Shown: positions 10,952 through 23,990 of the stretch, piece after piece
Layout of the letters: the number at the start of each line of letters is the position of its first letter
How positions within the stretch are numbered: the first letter of the stretch is position 1
Origin: Octopus vulgaris
Lineage: Eukaryota
NCBI GenBank assembly: GCA_951406725.2
Contig: OX597814.1
Coordinates: 218,860,001 to 218,924,000 of the forward strand
Reading direction: 5' to 3'
DNA: 64,000 nt
Translations under genes and position numbers: made by a program
Notes under the pieces: model-generated
What the model saw: only the letters and a program-made list of their open reading frames with translations
The model's database searches: none
What the model was told of the DNA's origin: nothing

Positions 10952-12769
10952 ACATATATCATGGCATTAGATTTTAATGTTCCCATCCCCAATATATAAG
11001 TCTAAGAGAAAACAAATATTCATTAAGGAGTTTAGCTTCTTATTAACCGTATGAAGTTTATTATTAAGCAATTTTTTGCTTTCAATTTTTATTCATTGAC
11101 TTTTTTTCCTCTTTTATTTTTCTCTCAATAAAAGAATGCATTAAAAGGCATGAACTTTAGAAGAACACTAAGAGACTGAGCATGAACCACCACAGATCAT
11201 ATGCTAAAATGAACCTAACTGAAAGAAGTATTATTCCTGAGTGAAGCAATACAAGCAAAGGACAAAATAGTCTGGCAGATCATCTTGTGGAATACATTTG
11301 AGGTTTGGTCAGAAATATTTTGTAGGTTTGGTTGGATCTGTAAAGTGTGTAACAGAAATATGATAATTGAGGAAGTACAGTTTAGAGTGTCTCATGATAT
11401 TAGAAACCTTGCCTAGATTCTCTTCAGATTTCTCTTTCAAACATTAAAATATTTGTTCTTATGTCATTACACAAGATTTTATAGGATAAATACTGTAATA
11501 TCTTTTGTTCCTTAGTTCTTTAAAGTTTATATTAAACTTCTCTCTTTGTCTCTCTCTCTCTTCCTCTTCTGGTGTCCACGTAGTTGCAGTGGAACCAGTA
11601 AGTTAATCATAAAATACATAAGTATTTCAAAATTATATCCTTGTCGGTTTGATTTCTTCACATATTTCTTCAATTTCACTCACTGGTTTTTGTGGCTTTA
11701 AATTCAATTTTCCATTTCACTCCCTGTAATTACCTGAAAACTATTCAGGGAGAGGGTTTTTTTAATGATCCTAAACGATTATGTTTATAATTATTTCTTT
11801 TTGAATTGAGTGTGTGCATTGCCTTGTGTTTAAGACATTTGCTCTCTTTGTAATCATAAATAGAATTGACTTTGTAAGAGTAATTAAGTAGCTGAGAAAC
11901 TGCATGGGAGCCCATTGGATTGTACATGTTCTTGAGTGATAGACTCAGCATTGCCAAGTTAGCTAAATGTAGCACTTTTTCTTTTTTATTCATTTAGCTG
12001 TAGTTTCTTAGCACCTAACTCTTAATTTAGATCTAATTTTAATAATCTAATATCTTTTAGCATTTTGTTTCCATTCACACAAGACACCATAAAAATGCAT
12101 GCGAAGCATTTTGAACATCTTTAGTTTCTCAGCAAACAAGTCTAAGCTGGTGCCTGGCTGTTCTAGCGGTACATTTGCAATAGTTTTTAATGTACCAATT
12201 TCTTAAAATACCAGTTTCACTTTGGCAAACAAGATAACATGGACAAATTCTGTTTCTGTAGTGCAATTAAGGAAAATTTTTTCATACTTGCTATCTAATT
12301 AATAATGTGCAGTTCTTCATTGTTAGATGTGGTGAGTAAATAAACCCACTGTTTCTTGGTAACCAAAATGTTTTTAAAAATAAAAATTGAGGGGACATAG
12401 TTGCCAGACCAAAATACTGAGCAACACAAGGAACTTTTTAATGATTTGTTTACTTCATATCTATTAGAGTGTTTTGGGTAAACACACAACTGTTTTTTCT
12501 TTGGCCTAATTTTTTTGGAAATGACATTAACTATCACCTTGTGCAGATTGTAATTCACATTGTTAAGATTATTAAACTATTCCAGATCCCAATCTCCTTA
12601 AATCAATTAAAGATTAAAACATGTTTTGGATTGTAAATGTTTATTCAAAGTTGTAAATAATTCATGAAAGAAGATAAAAAAAAAAAACAAGAAAAAACAA
12701 CAAAACTATGAAACATTGTATGTGCACATATATATACATATAGACATAGCAAATATATTTGCATGTATC

Positions 12770-13215
12770 ATCATCATTTCCATCATCATCATCATGTCTG
12801 TTATCATCATTTTAACGTCCACTTTTCCATATTAGATAGAGTCTACTGAGACAGATTTTCCACAGCTGGATTCCTTTCCTGTCACCAACCCTCACCTCTT
12901 TCCAAACAAAGTAATATTTCTCTCCATGGCTAAACATGTTCTTGTAGTATACTGCAAATGGATGACATTGCTTTTATGACACTGACAATCATTGACATCT
13001 GTCATATGATGTCAAGACAAGGAGGCACATGCACACATACAAACACTCACACATACACAACAAGCTCCTTTCAGTTTTTGTATCCCAAATTCACTCACAG
13101 GGCTTTGGTTGACCTGGAGCTATAATAGAAGACATTGTCAAAGATGTCATGCACTGGGACTGAATCCAGTACCATGTGATTAGGAAGCAAGCTTCTTACC
13201 GCATGGCCATGCTTG
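12770..13215 (-). mobile_element. Older SINE with family-B-like head and RTE-like (GAT)n tail (family E)
   Basis: Diverged family-B head at 13060-13215 joined to a (cat)n..ttaacgtccacttttccat..cagctggattcctttcctgtcaccaacc tail. Confidence 0.65.
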
Positions 13216-13265
13216 TGTCTTTACATGTGAGTATGTGTAAAGAAGATTCAGCCTTGTTTTGTTCT

Positions 13266-13960
13266 AAACAAACACCATCCAATCGTGGCCGTTCGCCAGC
13301 CTCGTCTGGCACCTGTGTCGGTAGCACATAAAAAACACCATCCGAGCGTGGCCGTCTGCCAGCCTCGTCTGGCACCTGTGTCGGTAGCACATAAAAAACA
13401 CCATCCGAGCGTGGCCGTCTGCCAGCCTCGTCTGGCACCTGTGTCGGTAGCACATAAAAAACACCATCCGAGCGTGGCCGTCTGCCAGCCTCGTCTGGCA
13501 CCTGTGTCGGTGGCACATAAAAAACACCATCCGAGCGTGGCCGTCTGCCAGCCTCGTCTGGCACCTGTGTCGGTGGCACATAAAAAACACCATCCGAGCG
13601 TGGCCGTCTGCCAGCCTCGTCTGGCACCTGTGTCGGTGGCACATAAAAAACACCATCCGAGCGTGGCCGTCTGCCAGCCTCGTCTGGCACCTGTGTCGGT
13701 GGCACATAAAAAACACCATCCGAGCGTGGCCGTCTGCCAGCCTCGTCTGGCACCTGTGTCGGTGGCACACAAAAAACACCATGAGCGTGGCCATCTGCCA
13801 GCCTCGTCTGGCACCTGTGTTGGTGGCACATAAAAAAACACCATCCGAGCGTGGCCGTCTGCCAGCCTCGTCTGGCACCTGTGTCGGTGGCACACAAAAA
13901 ACACCATGAGCATGGCCGTCTGCCAGCCTCGTCTGGCACCTGTGTAGGTGGCACATAAAA
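13266..13960 (+). repeat. 63-bp minisatellite, ~11 copies, inside an RTE 3' UTR
   Basis: Unit aaaaaacaccatccgagcgtggccgtctgccagcctcgtctggcacctgtgtcggtggcacat. Period 63 (13321 to 13384), which explains the 21-aa repeat ORFs. Confidence 0.95.
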
Positions 13961-14122
13961 TCACCCACTACACTCTCGGAGTAGTTGGCGTTAGGAAGGG
14001 CATCCAGCCGTAGAAACACTGCCAGATCTGACTGGCCTGGTGCAGCCTTCGGGCTTGCCAGACCCCAGTTGAACCATCCAACCCATGCTAGCATGGAAAG
14101 CGGACGTTAAACGATGATGATG
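13960..14122 (+). mobile_element. RTE 3' end core with (GAT)n tail
   Basis: ggcgttaggaagggcatccagc..catgctagcatggaaagcggacgttaaacgatgatgatg. Confidence 0.85.
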
Positions 14123-14171
14123 AATAATAACGAAAGAATATTGCAATTTTAAAATACATAAACATACATCA

Positions 14172-14500
14172 TTATAATTTAACGTCCACTTTCCATGCTA
14201 GCATGGGTTGGATGATTTGACTGAGGACTGGCAAACCAGATGGCTGCGCCAGGCTCCAATCTTGATCTGGCAGAGTTTCTACAGCTGGATGCCCTTCCTA
14301 ACGCCAACCACTCCGAGAGTGTAGTGGGTGCTTTTACGTGCCACCGGCATGAGGGCCAGTCTGGCGGTACTGGCAATGGCCACGCTTGAAATGGTGTTTT
14401 TTACGTGCCACCTGCACAGGATTCAGTCCAGTGGCACTGGCAACAACTTGCTTGAATGTTTTGTTCATGTGCCACCAGCACAAGTGCCAGTGAGGCGATG
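14172..14500 (-). mobile_element. RTE 3' end, tail-to-tail with the previous copy
   Basis: Same core in the opposite orientation. Confidence 0.8.
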
Positions 14501-14883
14501 CTGGTGGAGAATATTTATAAAAATGTTATATTTGGTACATGTTAAAAATATAGTTTCATATTTAGCTTTTTTATTAACTTCAACATGTCACTATTTCATT
14601 TTTAGCACTTTCTTTAGCTCTAATAATAATCTTGACAAATCCAGCTCCTTTTGAACGTTTTCACTTGGTAACACTGGGTAGACTGACTTGGTCCCTTTGT
14701 TTATCGTTTGATATCTTCACCTACCTCTTGGGTATCTTCAGCTGAGTCCAATCTCTTGCAGACATTCAGATCAGGTCTCCAATCAGAGCATGACATATCT
14801 TGACTCACTGCTTCATACTACAACAACTCAGACCAGTCTATGAGAGGTATTTAGCCGATACTGGTACATTGGTCTGCAGCTTG

Positions 14884-15228
14884 GAATTCAAATTCGGCCG
14901 AGGTTGACTTTGCCTTTCATCCTTTCGGGGTCGATGAATTAAGTACCAGTTACGCACTGGGGTCGATGTAATCGACTTAATCCATTTGTCGGTCCTTGTT
15001 TGTCCTCTTTGTATTTAGCTCCTTGTGGGTAGTAAAGAAATAGGTATTTCATCTGCCGCTACGTTCTGAGTTCAAATTCCGCCGAGGTCGACTTTGCCTT
15101 TCATTCTTTCGGGGTCGATGAATTAAGTACCAGTTACGCACTGGGGTCGATGTAATCAACTTAATCCGTTTGTCTGTCCTTGTTTGTCCCCTCTGTGTTT
15201 AGCTCCTTGTGTGTAGTAAAGAAATAGG
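14884..15228 (+). mobile_element. SINE family C tandem dimer
   Basis: Two ~185-bp units, each ending gtagtaaagaaataggta. Confidence 0.85.
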
Positions 15229-15515
15229 TACTAATTGAATATCCTGCCCATACATCATCAGTGTAAAACTGGTTTTCTCGTTTAGTAGTTAATTGCTCCA
15301 TTAAGCTTTAGTGAAGCAGACTTCTTGTCAGCTGACTTTCTGCCAAGAAGCCATCTACAAACCTGACCTACACATGTAATCCAGATTTAGACATATGACA
15401 AAATACAATAAATGTATCTTTGTTATCAGCCTTTGGGAAATGAGAGGCTAAGTCAATATTTTATAGAATTTAAAGAGAGGATTGTAAACTCACCACCTCT
15501 TATGTTTGCTAATGA

Positions 15516-15920
15516 CAGGAGTGGCTGTGTGGTAAGTAGCTTGCTAACCAACCACATGGTTCCGGGTTCAGTCCCACTGTGTGGTATCTTCGGCAAGTGT
15601 CTTCTGCTATAGCCCCAGGCCGACCAATGCCTTGTGTGTGGATTTGGTAGACGGAAACTGAAAGAAGCCTGTCGTATATATATATATATATATATGTATG
15701 TGTATGTTTGTGCGTCTGTGTTTGTCCCCCTAGCATTGCTTGACAACCAATGCTGGTGTGTTTACGTCCCCGTCACTTAGCGGTTCGGCAAAAAGAGACC
15801 GATAGAATAAGTACTGGGCTTACAAAGAATAAGTCCCGGGGTCGATTTGCTGGACTAAAGGCGGTGCTCCAGCATGGCCGCAGTCAAATGACTGAAACAA
15901 GTAAAAGAGTAAAAGAGAGA
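15516..15920 (+). mobile_element. SINE family B
   Basis: Full-length match to 4362-4778. Confidence 0.9.
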
Positions 15921-16203
15921 GAGTATAAGTACATCAGTTACATGATGTTTCACTTGGGGGGTGCTCCTGGTGATATGCTCCACATGTCTGAAAACATAAC
16001 AATGATACTGTGTTTCTTCAGCATCATTGTTTTAATGTCTTCATTTCCATGCTTTCTTGGGTCAGGCAGAGTTTATCAAAGCAGATTTTCTGTGACTGGA
16101 CGGCCTTCCTATCACCAACTTTTACCTGTTTCCAAGTAGGGTAATACTGAAAATGAATGACATTCGTTTATAACACTCACATGATATCAAAACAAGGATG
16201 TGT

Positions 16204-16249
<46 letters not shown>

Positions 16250-18756
16250 ATGCACACACACACACACATGCACATAGTATGCTTCTTTCAGTTTCTATCT
16301 ACCAAATCCACTCACAAGGCTTTGTTCGGTCCAGGGCTGTTAGTAGAAGACGCTTGTTCAAGGTGCCACACAATGGGCTTGAACCTGAAGCGTTGTGGTT
16401 GGGAGACATTTTCAACCACACAACCATGCCTGTGCCTGTGCCAATACAAATTCGTTAAACTGCATGATGCCAAGGAAAGTAGGTACACCAGCTACATGTC
16501 ATACAAGATGGTGTAGCAAAAATGCAAAGCTGGACAAGAGGACACACACACCCACTCCCACATGTGCACAGTGACCCAGGAGTATAAGTACATCAGCTAC
16601 ATAAAAGTGCTGTTAGCTCACCAGCTGTATGTGTGTAAGGGGTCAGGGTTAGAGAATAGTTTAATCTTGATTATCTCATTTGTTTTCTAAGTGTAGTTGT
16701 ATTACCTTTACTTGAATCAGATTATATCTAAGAGATATACAATGGCTACAGCTAAGAACTATTTAGGAGATATGATCATAAATCTATGACAGCATCTCTC
16801 AGCTGCTCTTGCTATTCATCAGATGAGACATCTATCTTATTTGCTAACTTATACTCTCTCTCTTTGTCTTTATCAAAATGTCATACTGTGTTGTCGTATG
16901 TGTTGTCGTATATTCAGTAAATTAGCTGTCAGAAATTAATTTGATTTATTTTGCATGTTATCAAACTCTGGAAGTATTTCTACTTAGTATCGTAATTCTT
17001 TGGCGTAATTCTTTGATTTCAGTTTTCTTTTTCTCAACCCTTCCCTTATCACATTTTTTGATTTATCATTTATGAAAAATGACTTCAATATATCGTGACG
17101 CATATTTGCCATTTGAATATGGCTAACCTCTAAGGGTGGATGCTACTGTAGTTTGTAGCCCCAGGAAGATACCTCCTCCAGCTGGCTATAGACACACTTT
17201 CTGTGCCCTATCATTGTTTGACTTCAATATAATTTTCTTGTTCATCTCTTCTCAGTCTGTCAGAGTTGCTCTTTTCTTTGATATTTTATTAGTTTGATCC
17301 GCAAGCTATTCAAAACAACTGAATTTGGCTGGAATAAAAGGGTTAAAAAATTTTAAACTATGTTCATACTCCTTTGTATTTTGTAGTTAGAAAACCCCTG
17401 GTTTGACTTTACTTCCCTGTAAGCTATACTGTGGGCATGTGTCTTCTAACGGTATCAGGTTATCAACCTAAGCATTGTAATTAGACAGAAAATTGGTTGA
17501 AGTCCATTAGAAAAACAATACCTGCAATTGAAGGAGCCAGCCTTATACTGTTATAGTGAGTCTGGCTGGGAATTACATTAAGGTCCAACCATCTGGGAAA
17601 TAGCCACTTTCTTTTACATGTTTTAGTCATTGGACTGTGGCCTTGCTGGGGTACCATCTCTCTCTCTCTCTCTTACTTTCTCTGTCTGTCTGTCTCTCTC
17701 TCTCTCTGTTCAGCTGAAGAATTCAATCCCTGCACTCATTATTAAGTCTGCTGCTTATTGTTGATCTCTGTTGCTGAACCACTGAGTTATGGGAACATAA
17801 ACAAACCCACACCACTTGTCAGGCAGGAGCAGGACACACACGTGCTGTGCAGTGGGACTGAACTCAAAACAACATGGTTGTCAAACAAGCTTCTTAACCA
17901 TACAACCATGCCTGTACCTTCATCATTATCCTCAACATTTAACATCCATTTTCCATGTTGGCATGGGTCGGACGGCATAATAGTAACTGGCAAGGCCAGG
18001 GGCTGCAGCAGGTTCCTTAGTCTGTTTTGGCTTGGTTTCTACAGATGGATGCCCTTCCTAATGCCAGCCACTCCTCAGAATGTACTAGGTGCTTTTTATG
18101 TGGCACCAGTGACCACTCCAATGTCTTTTATGTGGCCCCTTGGTTTTTATGATCTCAATTCTGCTGTGGTGGGCAGGTCTTCTTAAGTACAACAATTTGC
18201 CACCACATATCTCAGCCCCTTCTCATCTCTTTCATAAGGTTCATCATTTTGAGATTGACCTTCAATACTTGATCCCATGTCTTCCTCGGTCTCCCTTTTC
18301 CATAACTACCCTTCAATTTAAGTGATTCGACAAGTAGGTGGTTCTATTGGTTGAATGACCAGAACTCTCATGGCCAAAATCCACTCAAAATCATCACGTT
18401 CTCATCATTGCAATTGATATTGTTATCATTAATCCTAATCTTATCATTAATTGATATATGACATGCAATAGTTTCAGTTTTGACCACTTAATTTATCAAC
18501 TTTTTTTTTGATTATCTTACTTTTACTGCTGATATTAAAAGATCATAAACAAAATAAAGGATGTTTAAGCAACGACAATGAGTCTATTTATCAATAAATC
18601 TCGATCGTTTAGAAAACTCTTTTCTCTTTCTCAAATGCAGATTTATTACAATGAATACTCATTTGTGAAATTGCTTAAAACTACAAATCTTTATTATTCA
18701 TTTCAATTGTATTTGATAGCTAGCAATAAATATGTACTATTTGTGTGCTATTTATA

Positions 18757-18910
18757 TAGGCGCAGGAGTGGCTGTGTGGTAAGTAGCTTGTTTACCAACC
18801 ACATGGTCCCGGGTTCAGTCCCACTGTGTGGCACCTTGGCAAGTGTCTTTGGGCCGACCAAAGCCTTGTGAGTGGATTTGGTAGTGGGAAACTGAAAGAA
18901 GCCTGTCGTA

Positions 18911-18941
<31 letters not shown>

Positions 18942-19157
18942 GCGTGTGTGTGTTTGTGTGTGTGTGTTTGTCCCCCTAGCATTGCTTGACAACCGATGCT
19001 GGTATGTTTATATCTCCGTTACTTAGCGGTTCGGCAAAAGAGACCAATAGAATAAGTACTGGGCTTACAAAAGAATAAGTCCCGGGGTTGAGTTGCTCGA
19101 TTAAAGGCGGTGCTCCAGCATGGCCACAGTCAGATGACTGAAACAAGTAAAAGAGTA
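18757..19157 (+). mobile_element. SINE family B
   Basis: Full-length match with a small internal deletion. Confidence 0.9.
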
Positions 19158-19389
19158 TTCACACAAAAGTAGTGAATTTAACAGATTATAAGACTCTTGA
19201 AAGGAATTTTGATAATTCAGAAAGATTTCTCAAACTGCTGCCGCTCTTTTGAAAGACAGAAACTGTGTCATGTAATCCACCATTCATGACAATAAACGTG
19301 TTTTTAAAAGAGTAAGATAAAATTCGAGAGAGATTCAGGTACTATTTCTAGCATGTAAGTAACTTCCTGTTTCCTTCAGGCATGTTTAA

Positions 19390-19600
19390 CCCTTTAGCAT
19401 TTAAACCAGCCATATCCAGCCAAAATATTCTACACGTGTCCAAACTGGCCAGATCTAGAATCTCACACCTACCCTAGAATGTCACTTTGGAGATAATCAC
19501 ATCATTGAAATCTCAAGGCTATAAAATAATGCTGGATAAATTCAAAACACTGTGAATAAATACGCATTACAACTGACTGAGTAATCTGAACACTAAAGGA
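19390..19600 (+). mobile_element. piggyBac-type MITE
   Basis: ttaa-ccctttag..ctaaagga-ttaa. Homologous to 23991-24211. Confidence 0.8.
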
Positions 19601-20457
19601 TTAAAACAAGGTAATGTATAAAAACAAACTGATCTAAAATTATATGACTAAACAGTCAGTATTACACACAATCACTTCATTACTTGTAAATTCCACACAA
19701 AAGCAAAATGTATGAGGGATCCAAATGGGTTAAAAACCTCTCACATATTCTGTCCTGAATACAACTGATATTTATTTATATTTTTTATTTTTTTATTTTT
19801 TTATTTTATCTAGTTTCAGCTCACGAGCTGTGGCCATGCTGGGGCACCGCCATTTATTAGTGATATTTTTGATTCAGTTCGCCACTGTCCATTCTAACCC
19901 AAAATATTCTTTTCTACTCTAGACGCAAGGCCCGAAATTTTTGGGGAGTGAGGGGGGGAGTCGATTAGATCGCCCCCAGAACACAACTAGAGATAACATC
20001 ACATAGAGCAGAAATAGAGCTCAGCTTCCAAGCAACTAAACAACAAGAAAAAAAAGGTAAAAATAATATAGATAAAGGGTAAAAATACAAACAAAAACAG
20101 AAAACAAGAAAACATCTCCATTCAATAGAATCTGTTTGCTGCAAAATACTATTGCTAAATAATAAATAACATCAATAAGTACTAGTCTTCTAATTAGTCA
20201 CTGACTCACAGACATGCGGTCACTTCTCTCTCTCTTTTTTTACCACTACTACAATGACTTTTGTTTCTCAGAGCTGGTTATTCTCATGCCACCTCTGCTT
20301 AGGCACTCTTGATTGATTCATCTCTCCTCCTATCACATCCCATATTTTGTCCATTCTCACCCCACTGAACCTTACACTGACCCCTAAAGCTAATCCTTCC
20401 CACCCAGAGGCCCTCTGGAATTTCATTCCTGCAGTTATCAACATTGTAATTGTTTAA

Positions 20458-20901
20458 TGCGTTAGCATTTAACCCTTTAGTGTTCAGATTATTCTATCAA
20501 ACATAATGCTTATTGATTCCCATTGGTTTGAATTAATCATGCATTATGTCAAATCTTCAAGATCTTGATGGTGTAATTACTTAATGTAGAATAACATTGT
20601 AGGGTAGGTGTGAGAGCCTGGATCTGGTCAGTTTGAACATAAAACAGATTAAATATTTTGGCCGGATATGGCCGGTTTAAATACTAAAGGGTTAAACCGG
20701 CCACATCCAACCCAAATGTTCCACCTTGTTTTACATTCAAACCAGCCAGATCTGGCTTCTCACACCTGCCCTACAATGGCATTCTAAAAATGAGCAATCA
20801 CAACATTGAAATCTTGAAGCTACGAGATAATGCATGATTAGTTCAAAACAGTGTGAATAAATAAGCATTACATTTGACAGAATTATCTGAATACGAAAGG
20901 G
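20458..20901. mobile_element. piggyBac-type MITE (20473-20691, reverse) nested in the internal TTAA of another copy of the same family
   Basis: The outer copy ..ttagcatTTAAaccggcc.. is split at TTAA, which is duplicated at 20469-20472 and 20692-20695. Confidence 0.8.
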
Positions 20902-21120
20902 TTGGATGAAATTATAATGGCATCAATTTCACCAGAGTGAGAGGGTTTGGGGAAGTCAAAGGAACTGTCTTTTCTTCTTCAATTAGCTAATAAAGCCAGT
21001 AAATTTACCTTCAAACATTTCTTGAAAACTACCTCCAAAGCCACACAAATGAGACAAACACCTGAGGCATGCCTTTCATCCCCACAAACTTTCCACACAT
21101 TAGAAAAGCAACACCTAGGC

Positions 21121-21603
21121 TAGTGCTTCTCAACTATTTTTCACCTATGGACCCCCTTTGATATTTATTTCACTTGGATGGACCCTCTTAGCCTATTGAG
21201 GTTTAACCCTTTCGTTACTGCATTTATTTTGAGATGCTCTGTATTTCTTTCAATTACTTTGAATATTACAAAGAATTTAGTAAAATAACTTCATTATCAT
21301 TAAGCTGGTGTTAGGAACATAAATTGTGACTAAGGTTTGGTGGAAGATTTTAATTCAAAACTTATGAAAACAAAACACTTGTACTAAAGAGCCAGAGCCG
21401 GTTTCAGCCGGGTTGGTAACAAAAGAGTTAAAAAATCATTTAATATTTCTATAATTAAACATTATTAGGAATTGTATAGAAAAAAATTATTAAAATATTT
21501 TGTGAAATGTAAAAGTATAAAAAGTTTATTGCAGATAAATCTTCCCGACAAAATCTTATATGGACCCACAAGGGGTCGTATGGACACTGGTTGAGAATCA
21601 CTG
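21121..21603. mobile_element. hAT (Charlie-like) MITE
   Basis: TIRs tagtgcttctcaac / gttgagaatcactg. 8-bp TSD acctaggc/acctagag with central CTAG. Confidence 0.7.
21207..21427. mobile_element. Second piggyBac-type MITE family, nested in the hAT MITE
   Basis: ttaa-ccctttcgttac..gtaacaaaagag-ttaa. Confidence 0.75.
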
Positions 21604-21611
21604 ACCTAGAG

Positions 21612-21840
21612 TCTGAAACACTTACCAGCATCTTCAACTACTCATTTCAACATCATCAAATCCCCAGAATCTGGAAATTGGGAAAAATCATCACATTTAA
21701 AAAAACCCAACAAAATTACGACTGAGGTGGCATTTCACGAACCCAGCATCTTCTGGTTCTCACCTTCAAAATTCTTGGAGAGATTTGTTCTAGACATCCC
21801 AAATGCACATATTTCCATCTCTACCTTCACAAAATTGCAA
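21612..21840 (+). mobile_element. Non-LTR (I/Jockey-like) RT N-terminal remnant
   Basis: QIPRIWKLGKIITFKK-PNK...KILERFVL resembles the IP..WK.A.I....KP.K...YRPISLL..K.LER motif. Confidence 0.55.
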
Positions 21841-21987
21841 CCACTTCACTACTTGTAAATTCCACACAAAAGCAAAATAAATGAGGGATCCAAATGGGTT
21901 AAAATCCTCTCACATATTCTATCCTGAATACAACTGATATCAGTGATATTTTTGATTCAATTCGCTACTGTCCATTCTAACCCAAAA

Positions 21988-22388
21988 TATTCTTTTCTAC
22001 TCTAGACACAAGGCCCGAAATTTTGGGGGAGGGGGGGAGCAGTCATTTAGATCGACCCCAATACACAACTGGTACTTATCGATCCTGAAAGGATGAAAGG
22101 CAAAAATTGACCTCAGCAGAATTTGAACTCGGAACGTAAAGACAGACAAAATACCTATTTCTTTACTACCCACAAGGGGCTAAACACAAAGAGGACAAAC
22201 AAGGACAGACAAACAGATTAAATCGATTATATCGACCCCAGGGCGTAACTGATACTTAATTTAACGACCCCGAAAGGATGAAAGGCAAAGTCGACCTCGG
22301 CGGAATTTGAACTCAGAACGTAAAGACAGACAAAATACCACTAAGCATTCAGCCTGGCATGCTAACATTTCTGCCAACTTACCGCCTT
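21988..22388 (-). mobile_element. SINE family C (dimeric)
   Basis: Two cccgaaaggatgaaaggcaaagtcgacctcggcggaatttgaactc-type modules plus the head. Confidence 0.8.
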
Positions 22389-22759
22389 CTAACCCAAAAT
22401 CTTAATCACCTTTAGAAACAGCACAAAATACTAGTTAACCAACAATCTTTATGTAGTGTACAACAATATATTTAGTATCTGCTATTTCCAACTGGAATAC
22501 TGCAAGGATTCACTATCCCATGAACATATTAGCTGCATGACTTTTCTACAATTAGAAAAAAGAAAGAAAGCGAGAGAGAGGGAGTGAGAGAAATAGAAGC
22601 TCATTTGTAGACGGCATATTTGTTCTAAACTGCATAAAGTATGCACAAATCCACAGTTTCTGTTCTTGTCAGCAACAGCAGAGAGCATTAGATTCTGTGA
22701 TTTGAACTATGAAACATAGAAGCATAAAATAAACTTGATCCAATGATTATGTCTCTTAA

Positions 22760-22980
22760 CCCTTCAGTGTTCAGATTACTCTGTTAAATGTAATATTTTT
22801 TTACTCAAATTGTTTTTAATTAATCCTGCATTATCTTATAGTTTTTGAGGTTTCAATGATGTGATTGTTTATTTTTAGAATGTCAATGTTGATTAGGTGT
22901 GAGAAGCCAGATATCGCCAGTTTGAATGTAAAACTGGTTGAATATTTGGGCCGGATATGGCCAGTTTAAACACTAAAGGG
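22760..22980 (-). mobile_element. piggyBac-type MITE
   Basis: ttaa-cccttcag..ctaaaggg-ttaa. Confidence 0.85.
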
Positions 22981-23990
22981 TTAACTTGCTAGTTACAGCA
23001 GCCAAATCTCCCTATTGGATAACTTAGTTCTTATGAAACTATATCTGTAAAAGATGGCATTGTAACAACTGAAACATCTTGAATTATAAGCTTGCTTGGT
23101 TAGAACTCGGCCTGGGGCTAAACAACACCACAAAGAGAAGAGTAAAAAACAGAAATCATTTATAATTTTTCAGTTTATGTAACTTCTATAAAAGATATAG
23201 TGACACATAGATATAGAACATACAGATGGTGCTTTTGATCAACAGATAAAAGCAACCTTAACATATAAAACAAGTATAATGGATTCCATTAGTCATGCTG
23301 AGACCTCATTTTTCCACCATAATTACATAAAGAAATAAAGCACAGGCACCAAAAATACATACAAAGAAGAACCACTCGGACATGTGAGGAGGGCCCTTTG
23401 TTGCAGTAGCAAGCTTCAACCCTCACTGTCCCTGCCACTCTAGTCACAATCACTCCAAACACCCAAACGCATCTGCAACATCAGTGAGGTAATAGGCAAG
23501 CTAGATATAGCAGCTAAATTTCTCTCAAATTGTATTCTATTATCTTAGAAAAGAAAGACCCGTTAGATAATGTAGACCTTGATAACATTATAGCTGAAGG
23601 AAAAAAAAAAAACAATGATAAAAGCTGGAATGTTTATGATTATAGATGTACTCAGATCTGACTTAATTTATCAACTAAAACCCCACAGAAAACCCTTAAC
23701 TCTAATACTACTCTAAAAACACTCTACTGCCTACCCAGTCCTTACAGACGTTGCCCTGCTCCATGCATTCACAGAAAAATAACAACAACAATACATACAA
23801 TAGACCGAAACATGCTGTGACAATATACACACACCACCAATAAGTACAGAATAATACCTTCACATTCTGGTAGTGTCCATTCTGCCTACCTCCTCTGCTA
23901 TAGTGGACATCAGGATCTTCAAGCATACAGAACTAAACTGGATAGTGGAGATATTATATTTCCACATTTTCACTGTGTTGCTTATATTAA

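Noticed and set aside
13196-14094. Long overlapping ORFs (182-276 aa) as real proteins
   Set aside because: They arise from a stop-free 63-bp repeat within a LINE 3' UTR. There is no splice or domain evidence.
15412-16516. Recurrent short ORFs (RQASFSFRLPNP.., MLAWVGRF.., MVVIPAVLFHH.., HTHTH..) as a gene family
   Set aside because: They are translations of SINE/LINE copies and microsatellites repeated throughout the window.
16785-16830. Minus-strand ctgatga motif as a hammerhead
   Set aside because: GAAA is replaced by GAGA and there is no closing stem I.
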